Positions 39,077 to 49,332 of a DNA stretch of 64,000 nt are shown here, in pieces. Under the pieces are notes generated by a model, which searched no databases, was not told the origin of the DNA, and saw only the letters and a program-made list of their open reading frames with translations. The DNA comes from an uncultured Acidobacteriota bacterium. GTDB lineage: Bacteria; Acidobacteriota; Vicinamibacteria; Vicinamibacterales; SCN-69-37. The stretch is taken from positions 1,283,103 to 1,347,102 of the forward strand of contig CAVRVJ010000003.1 in assembly GCA_963724645.1 (NCBI GenBank), given 5' to 3'. Within the stretch, counting starts at the first letter, position 1, and each line of letters opens with the position of its first letter. Position numbers and translations under genes: made by a program.

Positions 39077-40366
39077 TCAGTCTACTAGCCACGCGCGAAC
39101 CTCGCCCGCGCCGAGGCCGTTCAACCGGATGACCTGCAGCCGGAGGCGGCCATATTCGACGATGTCCCCGACTGCCGGCGGCCGGCCCAGCCGGGCCAGC
39201 ACCAGCCCGCTGACGCTGTCGACTTCCTCGTGCTCCAGGCCAATGTCGAAATGCTGGCCCAGTTCATCCAGCCTCAGCGTCCCGGCGACCTCTACAGAAC
39301 CATCAGGGAGCGGCGTGAGACCGGCCGAGCCCGTTGTGCCCGCATCGATGTCGCCGACGACCTCCTCGAACAGGTCTTCGAGACTGACGAGTCCTGCCGT
39401 GCCGCCGTGCTCATCGATGACGATCGCCATGTGCACCGCTGCCCGCTGCATCGTCGCCAACACGTCGTCGAGCGCCGCGGTCTCCGGCACGGGCGGCATC
39501 AGCCTGACGTCCGTCGCGGTGACCGGCTGACCTGCAATCAGCAGGCGGAGCAGGTCCTTCGCGTGGACCACGCCGACGATGTGATCCAGGTCGCCGTCGT
39601 ACACCGGATAGCGCGTGTGGCGCTTCGACGCAATGAGCTTGCGGATCTCGTCAGGCTTTGCGCCCAATGGAAGACCGACGACGCGAACGCGCGGCATCAT
39701 CACCTCGCCTGCGGTGAGATCGCCGAATTCGAAGAGTTCGCGGAACAAGCGGCCGGACTCGCCGCGAATTGCGCCGCTCTGTTCGCTCTCCTCGACGATG
39801 AGCTGCAGTTCCTCCGGCGTGTAGGACTGCTCGCGTGTGTTGTCCTGCCGGCGCACGCCGAGCAGTCGCAGGCAGCCGCGCGCGACGCCGCTCAAGATCC
39901 GCACGAACGGATACATCACGATCAGCGTCACGCGCATGGGCCAGTACGCCAGCCGCGCCACAGGCTCGGCATGTTGCAAGGCCACGCTCTTGGGCGCCAT
40001 TTCCCCGAAAATGATGTGCACGAGCGTCAGAAAGCCGAGCGTCAGGGCGCCGGACAGCGCCGCGGCGCCGAGCACGGGGACGTACCCGAGATGCGGCCGC
40101 AGCATGTCGGCCAGCAGGTGTTCGCCGTACATCCCGAGGCCCAGGCTGGCGACGGTGATCCCGATCTGCGACGTGGCGATGTAACGGTCCTGTTGTTCCG
40201 GCGATCCCAGAATGCTCAGCAACCGGCGCGACAGCCGATCGCCCTGGCCCGCGCGACGCGCGATCGCCGTTCTGGGCGCCCCGATCAACGAGAACTCGGC
40301 GGCGACGAACAGGCCGTTCAGCATGATGAACGCGAAGCAGAGAAGGATGATTCCCGTCAAGGTCAT
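39077..40366 (-). CDS. CNNM/TlyC-family protein (DUF21 + CBS pair + CorC_HlyC)
   Basis: 429 aa. It has an N-terminal 4-TM DUF21, a CBS pair and a C-terminal transporter-associated domain (VEVAGTLRLDEL...RLQVIRL). Confidence 0.9.
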   Translation of the reverse strand: MTLTGIILLCFAFIMLNGLFVAAEFSLIGAPRTAIARRAGQGDRLSRRLLSILGSPEQQDRYIATSQIGITVASLGLGMYGEHLLADMLRPHLGYVPVLGAAALSGALTLGFLTLVHIIFGEMAPKSVALQHAEPVARLAYWPMRVTLIVMYPFVRILSGVARGCLRLLGVRRQDNTREQSYTPEELQLIVEESEQSGAIRGESGRLFRELFEFGDLTAGEVMMPRVRVVGLPLGAKPDEIRKLIASKRHTRYPVYDGDLDHIVGVVHAKDLLRLLIAGQPVTATDVRLMPPVPETAALDDVLATMQRAAVHMAIVIDEHGGTAGLVSLEDLFEEVVGDIDAGTTGSAGLTPLPDGSVEVAGTLRLDELGQHFDIGLEHEEVDSVSGLVLARLGRPPAVGDIVEYGRLRLQVIRLNGLGAGEVRAWLVD

Positions 40367-41397
40367 CTGGACCTCGAGGAGCCGAGCAACTCACTGAGCA
40401 CATCCTGAATGGTGATGAGTCCGATGGCGTGCCCCGGTGTGTCCACGACGATCGCCTGGTGGACGCGGCGCTCCCGCAGGGCGGTGACCACGCGGTCGGC
40501 CGGCAGATCCTGTCGCACCTCGGCGATGGGACGCACGAGCCGTTCCAATGGCACGGGCCCTTCGGCAGCGTAGCGGGCAACCAGGTCTCTCACGAACAAT
40601 GTGCCGACAATTCGATGGGGCGATTCGCGGTACACCGGAATCCGGCTGTACGGCGTAGCGGCCACGAACCGGACCACGTCCTGCCAGGGCGTGTCCATCC
40701 GAAGCATCGTCACGCGTGCATGCGGAACCATGAGATCGCGGGCCGTGCGAAGCCCGAGTCGAAGGGCCTGATGAAGCCGGCGGTGCTCGTCCGGTTCCAG
40801 CAGGCCGCCGTCGCGGCTTTCGGCGATCAGCAGTTCGATTTCGTCCGGCGAATGGATATGTCGATGCGTGCTGCCGCCCGAGCCGAAGGCGCGAAGCACG
40901 ATCGTCGACGTGTAGTTCAAGAGCGCCGCAAACGGCCGGAACGCCGCCAGCGACCACCGCATGGGCCGGACCGTGAACAAGGCGATCTCGGTCGGGTGCT
41001 GCAGCGCCAGCGATTTCGGGACGAGTTCACCGAGCACGACCTGGACCGCTGTCAGACCCAGCAGCAGCGCCACCTCGGCGGCCGAGTCGGCCGTGCTCGG
41101 GTCCATTCGGAACCATCCGGCGATCGCGGACTCCAGCGTCGTGCCAAACGTTGCCTCGGCGTACGCGCCGAGCGTCAGGCTCGACAGGGTGATGCCGATT
41201 TGAGAAGCCGACACATAGCGCACGAGTGCCGCGGGGCGTTCGATGAAGGGCACGAGCGCTTTGGCGGCGGCATTCCCGTCCTCTGCCAAACGGCGCACGC
41301 GGCTTCGCCGAACCCCGACCGCTCCGAATTCGGCGGCCACGTACAACGCGTTGGTCAGGATGAGGAACGCGACGGTGACCCAGACGGTCGCGGACAC
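40363..41397 (-). CDS. DUF21 + CBS-pair membrane protein (CNNM-like, lacks the CorC_HlyC domain)
   Basis: 344 aa, paralogous to the downstream gene. Its stop overlaps that gene's start by 4 nt. Confidence 0.85.
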   Translation of the reverse strand: MSATVWVTVAFLILTNALYVAAEFGAVGVRRSRVRRLAEDGNAAAKALVPFIERPAALVRYVSASQIGITLSSLTLGAYAEATFGTTLESAIAGWFRMDPSTADSAAEVALLLGLTAVQVVLGELVPKSLALQHPTEIALFTVRPMRWSLAAFRPFAALLNYTSTIVLRAFGSGGSTHRHIHSPDEIELLIAESRDGGLLEPDEHRRLHQALRLGLRTARDLMVPHARVTMLRMDTPWQDVVRFVAATPYSRIPVYRESPHRIVGTLFVRDLVARYAAEGPVPLERLVRPIAEVRQDLPADRVVTALRERRVHQAIVVDTPGHAIGLITIQDVLSELLGSSRSR

Positions 41398-41478
41398 GAG
41401 GACTAGTCTAACGACAACGGCAGCGCCCTCGCGCGACCCCGGCGTCCTGATCTATCCTCGATTTCTGGAGGGACGCCA

Positions 41479-41982
41479 ATGAAGCTGACCGATCTGTTCA
41501 TCGAGCAACTGAAGGCCGAAGCCCCACGGACCCGCCGCGTCCTCGAGCAGATGCCGGAGGGCCGCGACGACTGGAAGCCGCACGACAAGTCCATGCCGTT
41601 CGGCCGCCTCGCGGCGCTCGTGGCCCGGATGCCCTCCTGGTTTTCGCTCATCATCAAGCAGGACGAACTTAATCTCGGCGGATCCAACGTGGATCAGCGG
41701 CCGCTGCGCACGAGCGCGGAGCTCGTCGACGCGCACGACCAGGCGGTTGCCGATGGGCTAAGCGCGCTGGCCGGCGCCACGGACGAGACCCTGACGACCA
41801 CGAAATGGCGGCTGGTAGCCGGCGGACACCCGGTGATGGAGGAGCTGCGCTACCTCGTCATCCGCGACACGTTCGCGCACTGGTCGCATCATCGCGGCCA
41901 GATGACGGTCTATCTGCGGTTGAACAATCTGATGGTGCCGTCGATCTACGGGCCGTCGGCCGACGACCAGCGGTTCGCGTGA
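41479..41982 (+). CDS. DinB-family (DinB_2-like) protein
   Basis: 167 aa. HWSHHRGQMTVYLR is the metal-binding His motif region typical of the DinB superfamily. Confidence 0.8.
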   Translation: MKLTDLFIEQLKAEAPRTRRVLEQMPEGRDDWKPHDKSMPFGRLAALVARMPSWFSLIIKQDELNLGGSNVDQRPLRTSAELVDAHDQAVADGLSALAGATDETLTTTKWRLVAGGHPVMEELRYLVIRDTFAHWSHHRGQMTVYLRLNNLMVPSIYGPSADDQRFA

Positions 41983-42118
41983 CGCGTCTTGTGCTCGTAC
42001 TTGCGTCCCGTCGTCAACGTTGCTTCGAAGCGCGACATGTGTACTGAAATCGGACCAACACCCAGATCCCCCGGCCAAGGTCGGACACCTCAGGTCAGAC
42101 CCAATAGGAGGTGAGATC

Positions 42119-42706
42119 ATGCGACTCGGGCCTACCGTTCTGTGTGCCATGCTCATCGCGACATTCGGTGTGACGCCGGCGGCCGCGCAAGGACGAAGGC
42201 GGGACGCACGTGAGCCTGTCCCTGCGCCGGGCATGGTCGCGATTGGCGGATCGTTCGGCGCAGCGCCGCCGTTGGAAGCCAGCTTCACCAGCGGCCCGAC
42301 GCTCACGGGGAACATTGAGGGCTATCTCACTCGACGAGTCTCGGTGCGAGGCCAGGTCAGCGGTGCGTGGTGGGACATCACCGGCCGGGGCTTCACGGGC
42401 AGCGTGCATCCGATCGCCGCCGACGCCAACGTCGTCTACAACTTCGAGGGCGGCCGGATCCATCCGTTCGTGACGGGTGGCGTGGGCCTCTATCATTACC
42501 GGTTCGAGGAACATCCGACCACGGGCTCGGCGAACAAGGCCGGCGTGAATGTCGGCGGCGGTGTCGAGTACTTCGTTCGCCGGCACGCCACGGCGACCGC
42601 CGAAGTTCTGTTCCATAATACCCAGGCGCCGATGACGAGTCCGTTGACGACCTATAGCGACAGCAGTTACTGGACCTTCACAGTCGGTATGAAGAGGTAT
42701 TTCTGA
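42119..42706 (+). CDS. small outer-membrane beta-barrel protein (OmpW/OMP_b-brl-like)
   Basis: AGGAGG lies upstream of the ATG at 42119. It has a signal peptide ending AAAQ, alternating beta-strand pattern and a C-terminal ...KRYF. Confidence 0.7.
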   Translation: MRLGPTVLCAMLIATFGVTPAAAQGRRRDAREPVPAPGMVAIGGSFGAAPPLEASFTSGPTLTGNIEGYLTRRVSVRGQVSGAWWDITGRGFTGSVHPIAADANVVYNFEGGRIHPFVTGGVGLYHYRFEEHPTTGSANKAGVNVGGGVEYFVRRHATATAEVLFHNTQAPMTSPLTTYSDSSYWTFTVGMKRYF

Positions 42707-42826
42707 GACCAGCAGTTGTCCTTGGAGTGCTCGTGACCTGCGCCGCGCTGGTTCTGGCGGCGCGGGCGCGAGACTCCGGCGTCGCGCTCCCCGTGCCCGC
42801 CTTCGATCCCTGCCGCGTCGAGTGCT

Positions 42827-43387
42827 GTGGACACGGCAGTTCTCGCGGGTGGGTGCTTCTGGGGGATTCAGGCGGTGTTCGAGCACGTCAATGGTGTGAC
42901 GCAGGCCGTGGCGGGCTATTCCGGTGGCACGACGCCCAATCCGACCTACGAAGACGTGAGCACGGAGAAGACGGGGCACGCCGAGGCGGTGAAGATTACG
43001 TTCAACCCGGCGAACGTCTCCTACGGCAAACTGCTGCAGGTCTTCTTCTCCGTCGGCCATGACCCGACGCAGCTCGATCGGCAGGGTCCCGACGAAGGGC
43101 CGAGCTATCGCTCCAATATCTTCTATACAAGTGAAGCTCAGAAACGCGTGGCCGAGGCCTACATTGCTCAGCTCACCGAGGCTCGCGCGTTTTCACGGCC
43201 GATCGTGACGCGCGTCGATCGATTCGGGGCATTCTTTCCAGCCGAGGCCTACCATCAGGACTTCCTCATCAAGAACCCGACCTATCCCTACATCGTCATC
43301 AACGACCAGCCGAAGCTCGTGAACTTCAAGCGGTTGCTGCCTGCGCTATATCGCGACTCGCCCGTCAGAGTGTCCGGCGGGAACTGA
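42827..43387 (+). CDS. msrA: peptide-methionine (S)-S-oxide reductase
   Basis: Contains AGGCFWGIQAVFEHVNGV, GHAEAV and YHQDFL. The start is GTG as listed. A signal-peptide-like ORF lies just upstream in another frame. Confidence 0.93.
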   Translation: MDTAVLAGGCFWGIQAVFEHVNGVTQAVAGYSGGTTPNPTYEDVSTEKTGHAEAVKITFNPANVSYGKLLQVFFSVGHDPTQLDRQGPDEGPSYRSNIFYTSEAQKRVAEAYIAQLTEARAFSRPIVTRVDRFGAFFPAEAYHQDFLIKNPTYPYIVINDQPKLVNFKRLLPALYRDSPVRVSGGN

Positions 43388-43522
43388 GCACAGGCCGTGT
43401 CGTCGCTCGTGGCACGCGCGCACAACGGCACGTGTATTTCCCGCCGTTCGGGTCTACGATTGGGCTTCAGCTTTTTCGGAGCCAGGAGCAAGCAAGATGT
43501 TCACGCTTCGAGGGGGATTGCC

Positions 43523-44677
43523 ATGAAGTTCCGTCGGATGTCCCACGCCGTAGAGGTCTTTGGATTACTTCTGATCGCGCTGGTTCCGGCAACGGCAATG
43601 GCCCGGCAGGCGGCCGGGCGCGGTGCGACACCCGCGGCGCCAACGGTGGTTTCGCCCGAAGTGCTGCCGGATCGCCGCGTCGTGTTTCGAATGTATGCGC
43701 CGCAAGCGAGCGATGTCGCGCTGCGGGGCGCCGGCCGCGGCGGTCCGTTGACGAAAGGCGAGAACGGCGTCTGGGAGATAACGGCCGGCCCGCTCGCGCC
43801 CGGCGTCTACCAGTACAGCTTCGGCGTCCAGGGCGTGACCGTCGTCGATCCCTCCAACCAGTCCGTGAACGAGACCACGACCGGCTTGCGCAACCTGCTG
43901 GTCGTCCCCGGCGGCGAGTGGACGGATCTGAAGAACGTGCCGCACGGAGCGGTCGCCGAGGTCTCTTACGAATCGTCGGTGCTTGGCCGGCAGCGTCGCC
44001 TGCACGTCTACACGCCGCCCGGCTATAGCGCGGCCGCCGATCGGTATCCGGTTTTCTATCTGCTGCACGGGTCGGGCGACACGGATCAATCCTGGAATGC
44101 GATCGGACGCGCGGGCGTGATCCTCGACAACCTCATCGCCGCCAACCGCGCCAGGCCGATGATAGTCGTCATGCCGAACGGGCACACACGCACCGGCGCG
44201 GCGGCCGCCCTTCCCGAGGCGCGCATGGAATTCGTGAAGGAGTTTCTCGCCGATATCGTTCCCTTCGTCGAAAAGACATATCGTGTTCGCGCCGAGCGCG
44301 CCGGCCGGGCGATTGCCGGATTGTCGATGGGCGGCGGCCAGACGCTGAACATCGCGATTCCCAACATGGACAAATTCGCCTATATCGGCGTGTTCAGCGC
44401 CGGCCTTTCCGGCGGCGGCGCCGGTCAACCATCCGCGGTTGAGGTCTGGGAGACCCAGAACAAGGCGGCGCTCGACAACGAGGCTCTCAAGAAAGGCGTG
44501 AAGCTGCTTTGGTTCAGCACCGGGAAGGACGACCCCGCGATGGCCAACACGATGAACGCCGTCAATCTCTTGAAGAAGCACGGGTTCACTCCAACTTTCC
44601 AGGAAAGCCAGGGCGCGCATACGTGGGAGAATTGGCGCGACTACCTCGTCATCTTCGGGGGCCAACTGTTTCGCTGA
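43523..44677 (+). CDS. secreted esterase-family protein (putative esterase / CE1-like) with an N-terminal Ig-like/CBM48-like domain
   Basis: GAGGGGG lies upstream of the ATG at 43523. It has a signal peptide, YLLHGSGDTDQSW and GLSMGGGQTL (GxSxG). Confidence 0.8.
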   Translation: MKFRRMSHAVEVFGLLLIALVPATAMARQAAGRGATPAAPTVVSPEVLPDRRVVFRMYAPQASDVALRGAGRGGPLTKGENGVWEITAGPLAPGVYQYSFGVQGVTVVDPSNQSVNETTTGLRNLLVVPGGEWTDLKNVPHGAVAEVSYESSVLGRQRRLHVYTPPGYSAAADRYPVFYLLHGSGDTDQSWNAIGRAGVILDNLIAANRARPMIVVMPNGHTRTGAAAALPEARMEFVKEFLADIVPFVEKTYRVRAERAGRAIAGLSMGGGQTLNIAIPNMDKFAYIGVFSAGLSGGGAGQPSAVEVWETQNKAALDNEALKKGVKLLWFSTGKDDPAMANTMNAVNLLKKHGFTPTFQESQGAHTWENWRDYLVIFGGQLFR

Positions 44678-44786
44678 ACTTGGACACCCGGCAGGCAAGA
44701 ACGACGATGGCGGAAGCGACGATGGCATCGCTCGGCGCCGATCGCGGAAGCGTCAAGCCCCGGCCGCACACCCGTTAAGATGGCGT

Positions 44787-45875
44787 ATGCCGCTTCAATG
44801 CCGTCTGACGCCGCTCGCCACGCTCGCTTCCCTGCTGCTCGCGGGAGCCTGCTCGTCCAAGCCCCCCGCGCCTCCGCCGGCCGCCCCGTCCCCCGACGCC
44901 TGGGCCGTCGTCGACGGCCGTGAAATCCGGCGGGATGACGTCGAAAAGGCCTACCGGCGCATGGTCGACCTCGCGGCCACGCCCTCGGAGACCGAGGCGA
45001 TGACTGCCAAGGTCAACCTGCTGAACGAGATGATCACGCAGAATCTTCTGGTGGCGAAGGCCAAGGCGCTCGGCATCGAAGTAACGGGGGCCGAAATCGA
45101 GACGGCCTTCAACGAACGCAAGAAGAACCTGACGGACGATGTCTTTCAGAAGCAGCTCACCCAGCGCGGCCTGACGACGGCGGATCTCAAGGAGGATCTC
45201 CGGCGCGACCTGACGACGCAGAAGGTCATGGAGCATGAAGTCAGTTCGAAGGTCGCGGTGAGCGAAGAGGCGATAGTCGAGTACTACAACGCCAATCGCG
45301 GGCAGTTCAACCTGAACGAGCCGGCCTATCGCATTGCGCAAATCGTCGTCACGCCCGTGCGCGAGCCCCAGATCGCCAACCGTCAGAACGACGACGCGAC
45401 GACCCCGGAAGCAGCCGCGCGCAAGATCAAGATGATCGCGGACCGCCTGCAGGGCGGTGCGCTGTTCAGCGAGCTGGCGATGGACTATTCGGAGGATTCG
45501 CAGACGGCGCCGCAAGGCGGTGACCTCGGACTCGTGCCCGCTTCGCAGCTTCGACAGGCGCCCGCTCCGCTGCGCGATGCCGTGCTGAAGGCGCAGCCCG
45601 GTACCGTCAGCCAGGTGAACACCGGGGGCGGCTACACGCTGGTCCTGGTCGCCGCAAAGGAGGAGGCCGGCCAGCGCGACCTCACAACGCCCGGCGTCCG
45701 CGACAGCATCAGCGCGGCATTGCGCGATCGCCAGCAGCAATTGCTGCAGACAGCGTTCCTGACGGTCGTACGGAACGACGCGCAGGTGGTGAACCTGCTC
45801 GCGAAGCAGGTCCTTTCGCAGACCAGCAAGCCGCCGACGATCACACCGGTGGCGCCCGGCAAGAAACAGCCTTAG
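44787..45875 (+). CDS. SurA/PpiD-like peptidyl-prolyl isomerase lipoprotein (parvulin domain)
   Basis: Lipobox LLAGAC, SurA_N-like helices and a parvulin core ([22 protein letters not shown]). Confidence 0.8.
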   Translation: MPLQCRLTPLATLASLLLAGACSSKPPAPPPAAPSPDAWAVVDGREIRRDDVEKAYRRMVDLAATPSETEAMTAKVNLLNEMITQNLLVAKAKALGIEVTGAEIETAFNERKKNLTDDVFQKQLTQRGLTTADLKEDLRRDLTTQKVMEHEVSSKVAVSEEAIVEYYNANRGQFNLNEPAYRIAQIVVTPVREPQIANRQNDDATTPEAAARKIKMIADRLQGGALFSELAMDYSEDSQTAPQGGDLGLVPASQLRQAPAPLRDAVLKAQPGTVSQVNTGGGYTLVLVAAKEEAGQRDLTTPGVRDSISAALRDRQQQLLQTAFLTVVRNDAQVVNLLAKQVLSQTSKPPTITPVAPGKKQP

Positions 45876-45909
45876 CAGGGCGTGTGATCCCTCGGACCGC
45901 GAGCCGCGA

Positions 45910-46743
45910 TTGCCGTTCATTGCCCGTGAAGCAGCGCTGAGACAACTGCGCGCTCAAGCCGCAGAAGGCCGGCCCATTGTCGGCGCGGGCGCGGGCACCG
46001 GTATCTCGGCCAGGTGCGCTGTCGAAGGCGGCGTCGACATCGTCATCATCTACAACTCGGGACGATACCGCATGGCCGGACGCGGCAGCCTGGCGGGCCT
46101 GTTGCCCTATGGCGATGCGAACGCGGTCGTGATGGAAATGGCCGGAGAGGTGCTGCCGGTCGTAAAAGACCGGCCTGTGCTGGCCGGAGTGTGCGGCACC
46201 GATCCATTCCGCCTGATGCCGTTATTCCTGCGCGAGGTCAAGGCCAAAGGCTTTGACGGCGTGCAGAACTTTCCGACGGTCGGGTTGTTTGAAGGGCGGT
46301 TCCGGCAGAATCTTGAAGAGACCGGGATGGGGTTTGGCCTTGAAGTCGACATGATCCGGCTGGCGCACGAACTGGACCTGCTGACGTGCCCTTACGTGTT
46401 CAATCCCGATGAAGCCATCGCGATGGCGCGTGCCGGAGCCGACGTGCTGGTGCCCCATGTGGGGTTGACCACGAAAGGCCGTATCGGAGCGGAGACCGCG
46501 CTGACCCTCGATGAATCGGCTGCGCGCGTGCAGGCCATGCGCGATGCCGCGATCGCCGTCAATCCCGACCTCCTCGTGTTGTGCCATGGCGGGCCGATCG
46601 CGGAACCCGAAGATGCGCAATACATCCTCGATCACACTCACGGCATTGCCGGCTTCTTCGGCGCGAGCAGTATCGAGCGCCTGCCCGTGGAACCGGCCAT
46701 TACCGGGCAGGCGCGCCGGTTCAAGAATCTGCGCATGCGTTGA
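45910..46743 (+). CDS. phosphoenolpyruvate hydrolase-like TIM-barrel protein (TIM-br_sig_trns family)
   Basis: Contains [49 protein letters not shown], characteristic of PF09370-type proteins. TTG start. Confidence 0.75.
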   Translation: MPFIAREAALRQLRAQAAEGRPIVGAGAGTGISARCAVEGGVDIVIIYNSGRYRMAGRGSLAGLLPYGDANAVVMEMAGEVLPVVKDRPVLAGVCGTDPFRLMPLFLREVKAKGFDGVQNFPTVGLFEGRFRQNLEETGMGFGLEVDMIRLAHELDLLTCPYVFNPDEAIAMARAGADVLVPHVGLTTKGRIGAETALTLDESAARVQAMRDAAIAVNPDLLVLCHGGPIAEPEDAQYILDHTHGIAGFFGASSIERLPVEPAITGQARRFKNLRMR

Positions 46744-46780
46744 CGCATCCGGCCGGCAAATCGACGAGCGCTGCGGACGG

Positions 46781-47524
46781 TCACCAGGTCATCGGCTTGT
46801 GGCCGCTATTCTCGATGACGACATGGATGTTCTTGGCCTTCGCATCAAGCGTCGTCTTGGCGGTGTAGCTCGTGCCGTCGGTGAGCGACCCGAACTGGAC
46901 GTCGAGCGTCACGGCGTCCTCGCGCTTGTCAAGGTAGGTTGAAACGCTCAGGCCGGCGAGGGCGTTGCGGGCCGCGTCGATGTCGATGGCCAGACGGTCC
47001 CCAGGCTGCAGATAGTCCTGGAACTCGAGGTGCACCCGTCCCTGTTCCGGCGGCTTGACCGTGAGCTTTCCCGCATCCTTCGCCTTCTGGATCTGCGCCG
47101 GGACGGGCGGAACGTACTGATGGATCAACGCCGCCGCCCGCTCCATGTAGTCCTTCATGTCGTCCTTCTTGTTCTCGACGATGGCTTGTTTCGCCCGGCC
47201 GCCGCCGCGACGGCCACCGCTCGGCGCCGCCGCTTGCGCCTGCGGAGCCTCGCCCATCGGAACCTTCTGGAGCTTGCCGTCGGCGCCGTAATAACACCGC
47301 TGCTGCTTCCGGGCTTTTTCTTCGCCCTTGAGGCTGATAATGGTCGTTTCGATCCACTCGTATTTCTTCAGGCGGGCCTGACTCTCTGCCAGTGACTGCT
47401 TGAGCGCGGCCACGCGCTGGTCCGGGGTTGGCGCAGTCTGCGCGCCCGCCGGCGCGGCGCCGAAACCGGATCCGGCCACAGCAGCCATGAGAGCGAGGAT
47501 GAGCGTGGAATGACGCAATGACAT
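46781..47524 (-). CDS. hypothetical secreted protein (247 aa)
   Basis: Signal peptide MSLRHSTLILALMAAVAGSGFGAAPAGAQ and GGAGGG upstream of the ATG. It sits directly downstream of a sigma-54-type promoter. No family recognised. Confidence 0.55.
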   Translation of the reverse strand: MSLRHSTLILALMAAVAGSGFGAAPAGAQTAPTPDQRVAALKQSLAESQARLKKYEWIETTIISLKGEEKARKQQRCYYGADGKLQKVPMGEAPQAQAAAPSGGRRGGGRAKQAIVENKKDDMKDYMERAAALIHQYVPPVPAQIQKAKDAGKLTVKPPEQGRVHLEFQDYLQPGDRLAIDIDAARNALAGLSVSTYLDKREDAVTLDVQFGSLTDGTSYTAKTTLDAKAKNIHVVIENSGHKPMTW

Positions 47525-47545
47525 TTGACCCTCCGTGGCGAATTC

Positions 47546-47561
47546 AGCAAGACGACCGCCA
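47546..47561 (-). promoter_or_regulatory. sigma-54 (-24/-12) promoter candidate
   Basis: The minus strand reads cTGGCGGTCGTCTTGCTg, a TGGC-N7-TTGCT match with exact GG-N10-GC spacing. The ATG at 47524 is 21 nt after the motif, with GGAGGG between. The -24 half lies inside the 19-bp palindrome GCCAGCCGA-T-TCGGCTGGC (47558-47576). Confidence 0.6.
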
Positions 47562-47696
47562 GCCGATTCGGCTGGCATTCGTGAAGTCAGAGGAGCCCCT
47601 CGATGGCCACTCACCGCGGGCGGTGAGAGACAGACCACCAGTCGTGGGAGCCGTGCCGGGCGCAGCCGGCCGGCCACGGCCTCCACGCTGTTTGCG

Positions 47697-49316
47697 TCAT
47701 TCGTCTTCCGCGGAACGGCGCAGCCGGCTTCTGCCTTCGGGAGGCACCACATTCAGTTTCTTCATGCGGAAGCGCAGCGTATTTGGATGGATGCCGAGCC
47801 GCTCGGCGGCGTTTCCCGATCCGTTGATTCGCCACCCGCACCGTTCGAGGACGGCCTCGATGTGCGCGCGCTGCACGGCGTCGAGATTGTCCCCGCCCTC
47901 GCCCCGCATCTTGATCGGCCGGTCGAATGCCAGCGGCCCGTCGAGTCGAAGCGTGTCGCCAGTGGACGCGATCATGGCGCGCTCGACCACGTTTTCGAGC
48001 TCGCGCACGTTGCCAGGCCAGGCGTAGTGCTGCAAGGCGCTCATCACCGACTGCGGCACCTTGCTGATGGATCGCCCGAGGTCGCGCTGATGACGATGGA
48101 TGAAGAACCACACGAGCCGCGGGATGTCTTCCGCGCGTTCCCGCAGGGCGGGCAGACGAATCGGATAAACGCTCAAGCGGTAGAACAAGTCGGCCCGGAA
48201 GGTCCCGGCGGAAGCCGCCGCTTCGAGGTCGCGATGGGTGGCGGCAATGATCCGGACGTCCACCTTCCTCGTGCGCGAGGATCCGACACGCTCGAATTCC
48301 CCCTCTTGCAGGACGCGAAGGAACTTCACCTGGAGGTCATTCGGCAGATCGCCAATCTCGTCCAGGAAGATCGTGCCGCCGTCGGCCAACTCGAAGCGCC
48401 CCTGTCGCGTCGTCACCGCTCCGGTAAAGGCGCCCTTCTCATGACCAAACAGCTCGCTTTCGACGAGCGTCGGCGGAAGCGCGGCGCAGTTGACCCTCAC
48501 AAGCGGCCGCGCCGACCGGCGGCTCCGCTCGTGCAGCACACGGGCGAAAAGCTCCTTCCCGGTGCCGGTCTCTCCCAGCAGCAGGACGGTCGATTTCATC
48601 GGCGCCACCTGAGACAGGCGGTTCAAGGCATGCCGGAACGGCCCGCATTCGCCAACGATCTCGTCGAAGTCGTGATACGTCTGCAGCTCCTCCTTCAAAT
48701 AGACGTTCTCTGCTTTGAGCTGGGCGTTCAGCCCCTCGATCATCGCGACATTGGCTCGCAGCGTGTTCTCCTGGCGCTCTCGCTGTAAGGCGGCGCCAAG
48801 AATCTCCGACAGAAGCTGCATGCGTCCAACCAGCGAGGGCGACCAGTGCCGCGGCACGGGGCCGCCGTCGAGCAGCAGAGCGCAGACGACCTGTCCGTTG
48901 AACGTCGCGGGGACACCCAAAACGGAACAGGCGCCGCTGCCGTGCTCGCGTCTTACAAGTGTCGCGAGTTGAGGTTCGTCCGGTCCCGAGCTGCACACGA
49001 TCTCGCCTCGGGCGAGGCGTTCGCTGAGCCATGATGGGGTCGATGGAGGCCCATCCGCCACGTGAAGCGCGTTCATGGCGAGCGCAGGCAGGTACACGCG
49101 GGGGTCGGATCCTGACGCGGTAAACTCGAGGAGCTGACAGCTTTCGAGGTGAGTCGCCCCGGCGACGTCTCGGAGGGCCTCGGAAATCGCCGTGGTTACG
49201 TCCTCGGCGAGCGCGTGAGTCAATCTTCTCGACAACCCGACGGCAAGATCCGCCAGGCTGCTGTCCATGTCGGCTTCGTCAACTACAAGTCCGTATCGCG
49301 CGCTAGTCACGTACAT
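47697..49316 (-). CDS. sigma-54-dependent transcriptional activator (GAF sensor + AAA+ + Fis-type HTH)
   Basis: Contains GETGTGKE Walker A, the GAFTGA loop (EKGAFTGAV), GGTIFLDEI, RVIAATHRDL, WPGNVRELEN and a C-terminal HTH (AAERLGIHPNTLRFRMKKL). The N-terminal ~190 aa are GAF-like. The ATG at 49316 is preferred over the ORF start at 49460. Confidence 0.92.
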   Translation of the reverse strand: MYVTSARYGLVVDEADMDSSLADLAVGLSRRLTHALAEDVTTAISEALRDVAGATHLESCQLLEFTASGSDPRVYLPALAMNALHVADGPPSTPSWLSERLARGEIVCSSGPDEPQLATLVRREHGSGACSVLGVPATFNGQVVCALLLDGGPVPRHWSPSLVGRMQLLSEILGAALQRERQENTLRANVAMIEGLNAQLKAENVYLKEELQTYHDFDEIVGECGPFRHALNRLSQVAPMKSTVLLLGETGTGKELFARVLHERSRRSARPLVRVNCAALPPTLVESELFGHEKGAFTGAVTTRQGRFELADGGTIFLDEIGDLPNDLQVKFLRVLQEGEFERVGSSRTRKVDVRIIAATHRDLEAAASAGTFRADLFYRLSVYPIRLPALRERAEDIPRLVWFFIHRHQRDLGRSISKVPQSVMSALQHYAWPGNVRELENVVERAMIASTGDTLRLDGPLAFDRPIKMRGEGGDNLDAVQRAHIEAVLERCGWRINGSGNAAERLGIHPNTLRFRMKKLNVVPPEGRSRLRRSAEDE

Positions 49317-49332
49317 GCCCCCAGGCAGTGAG

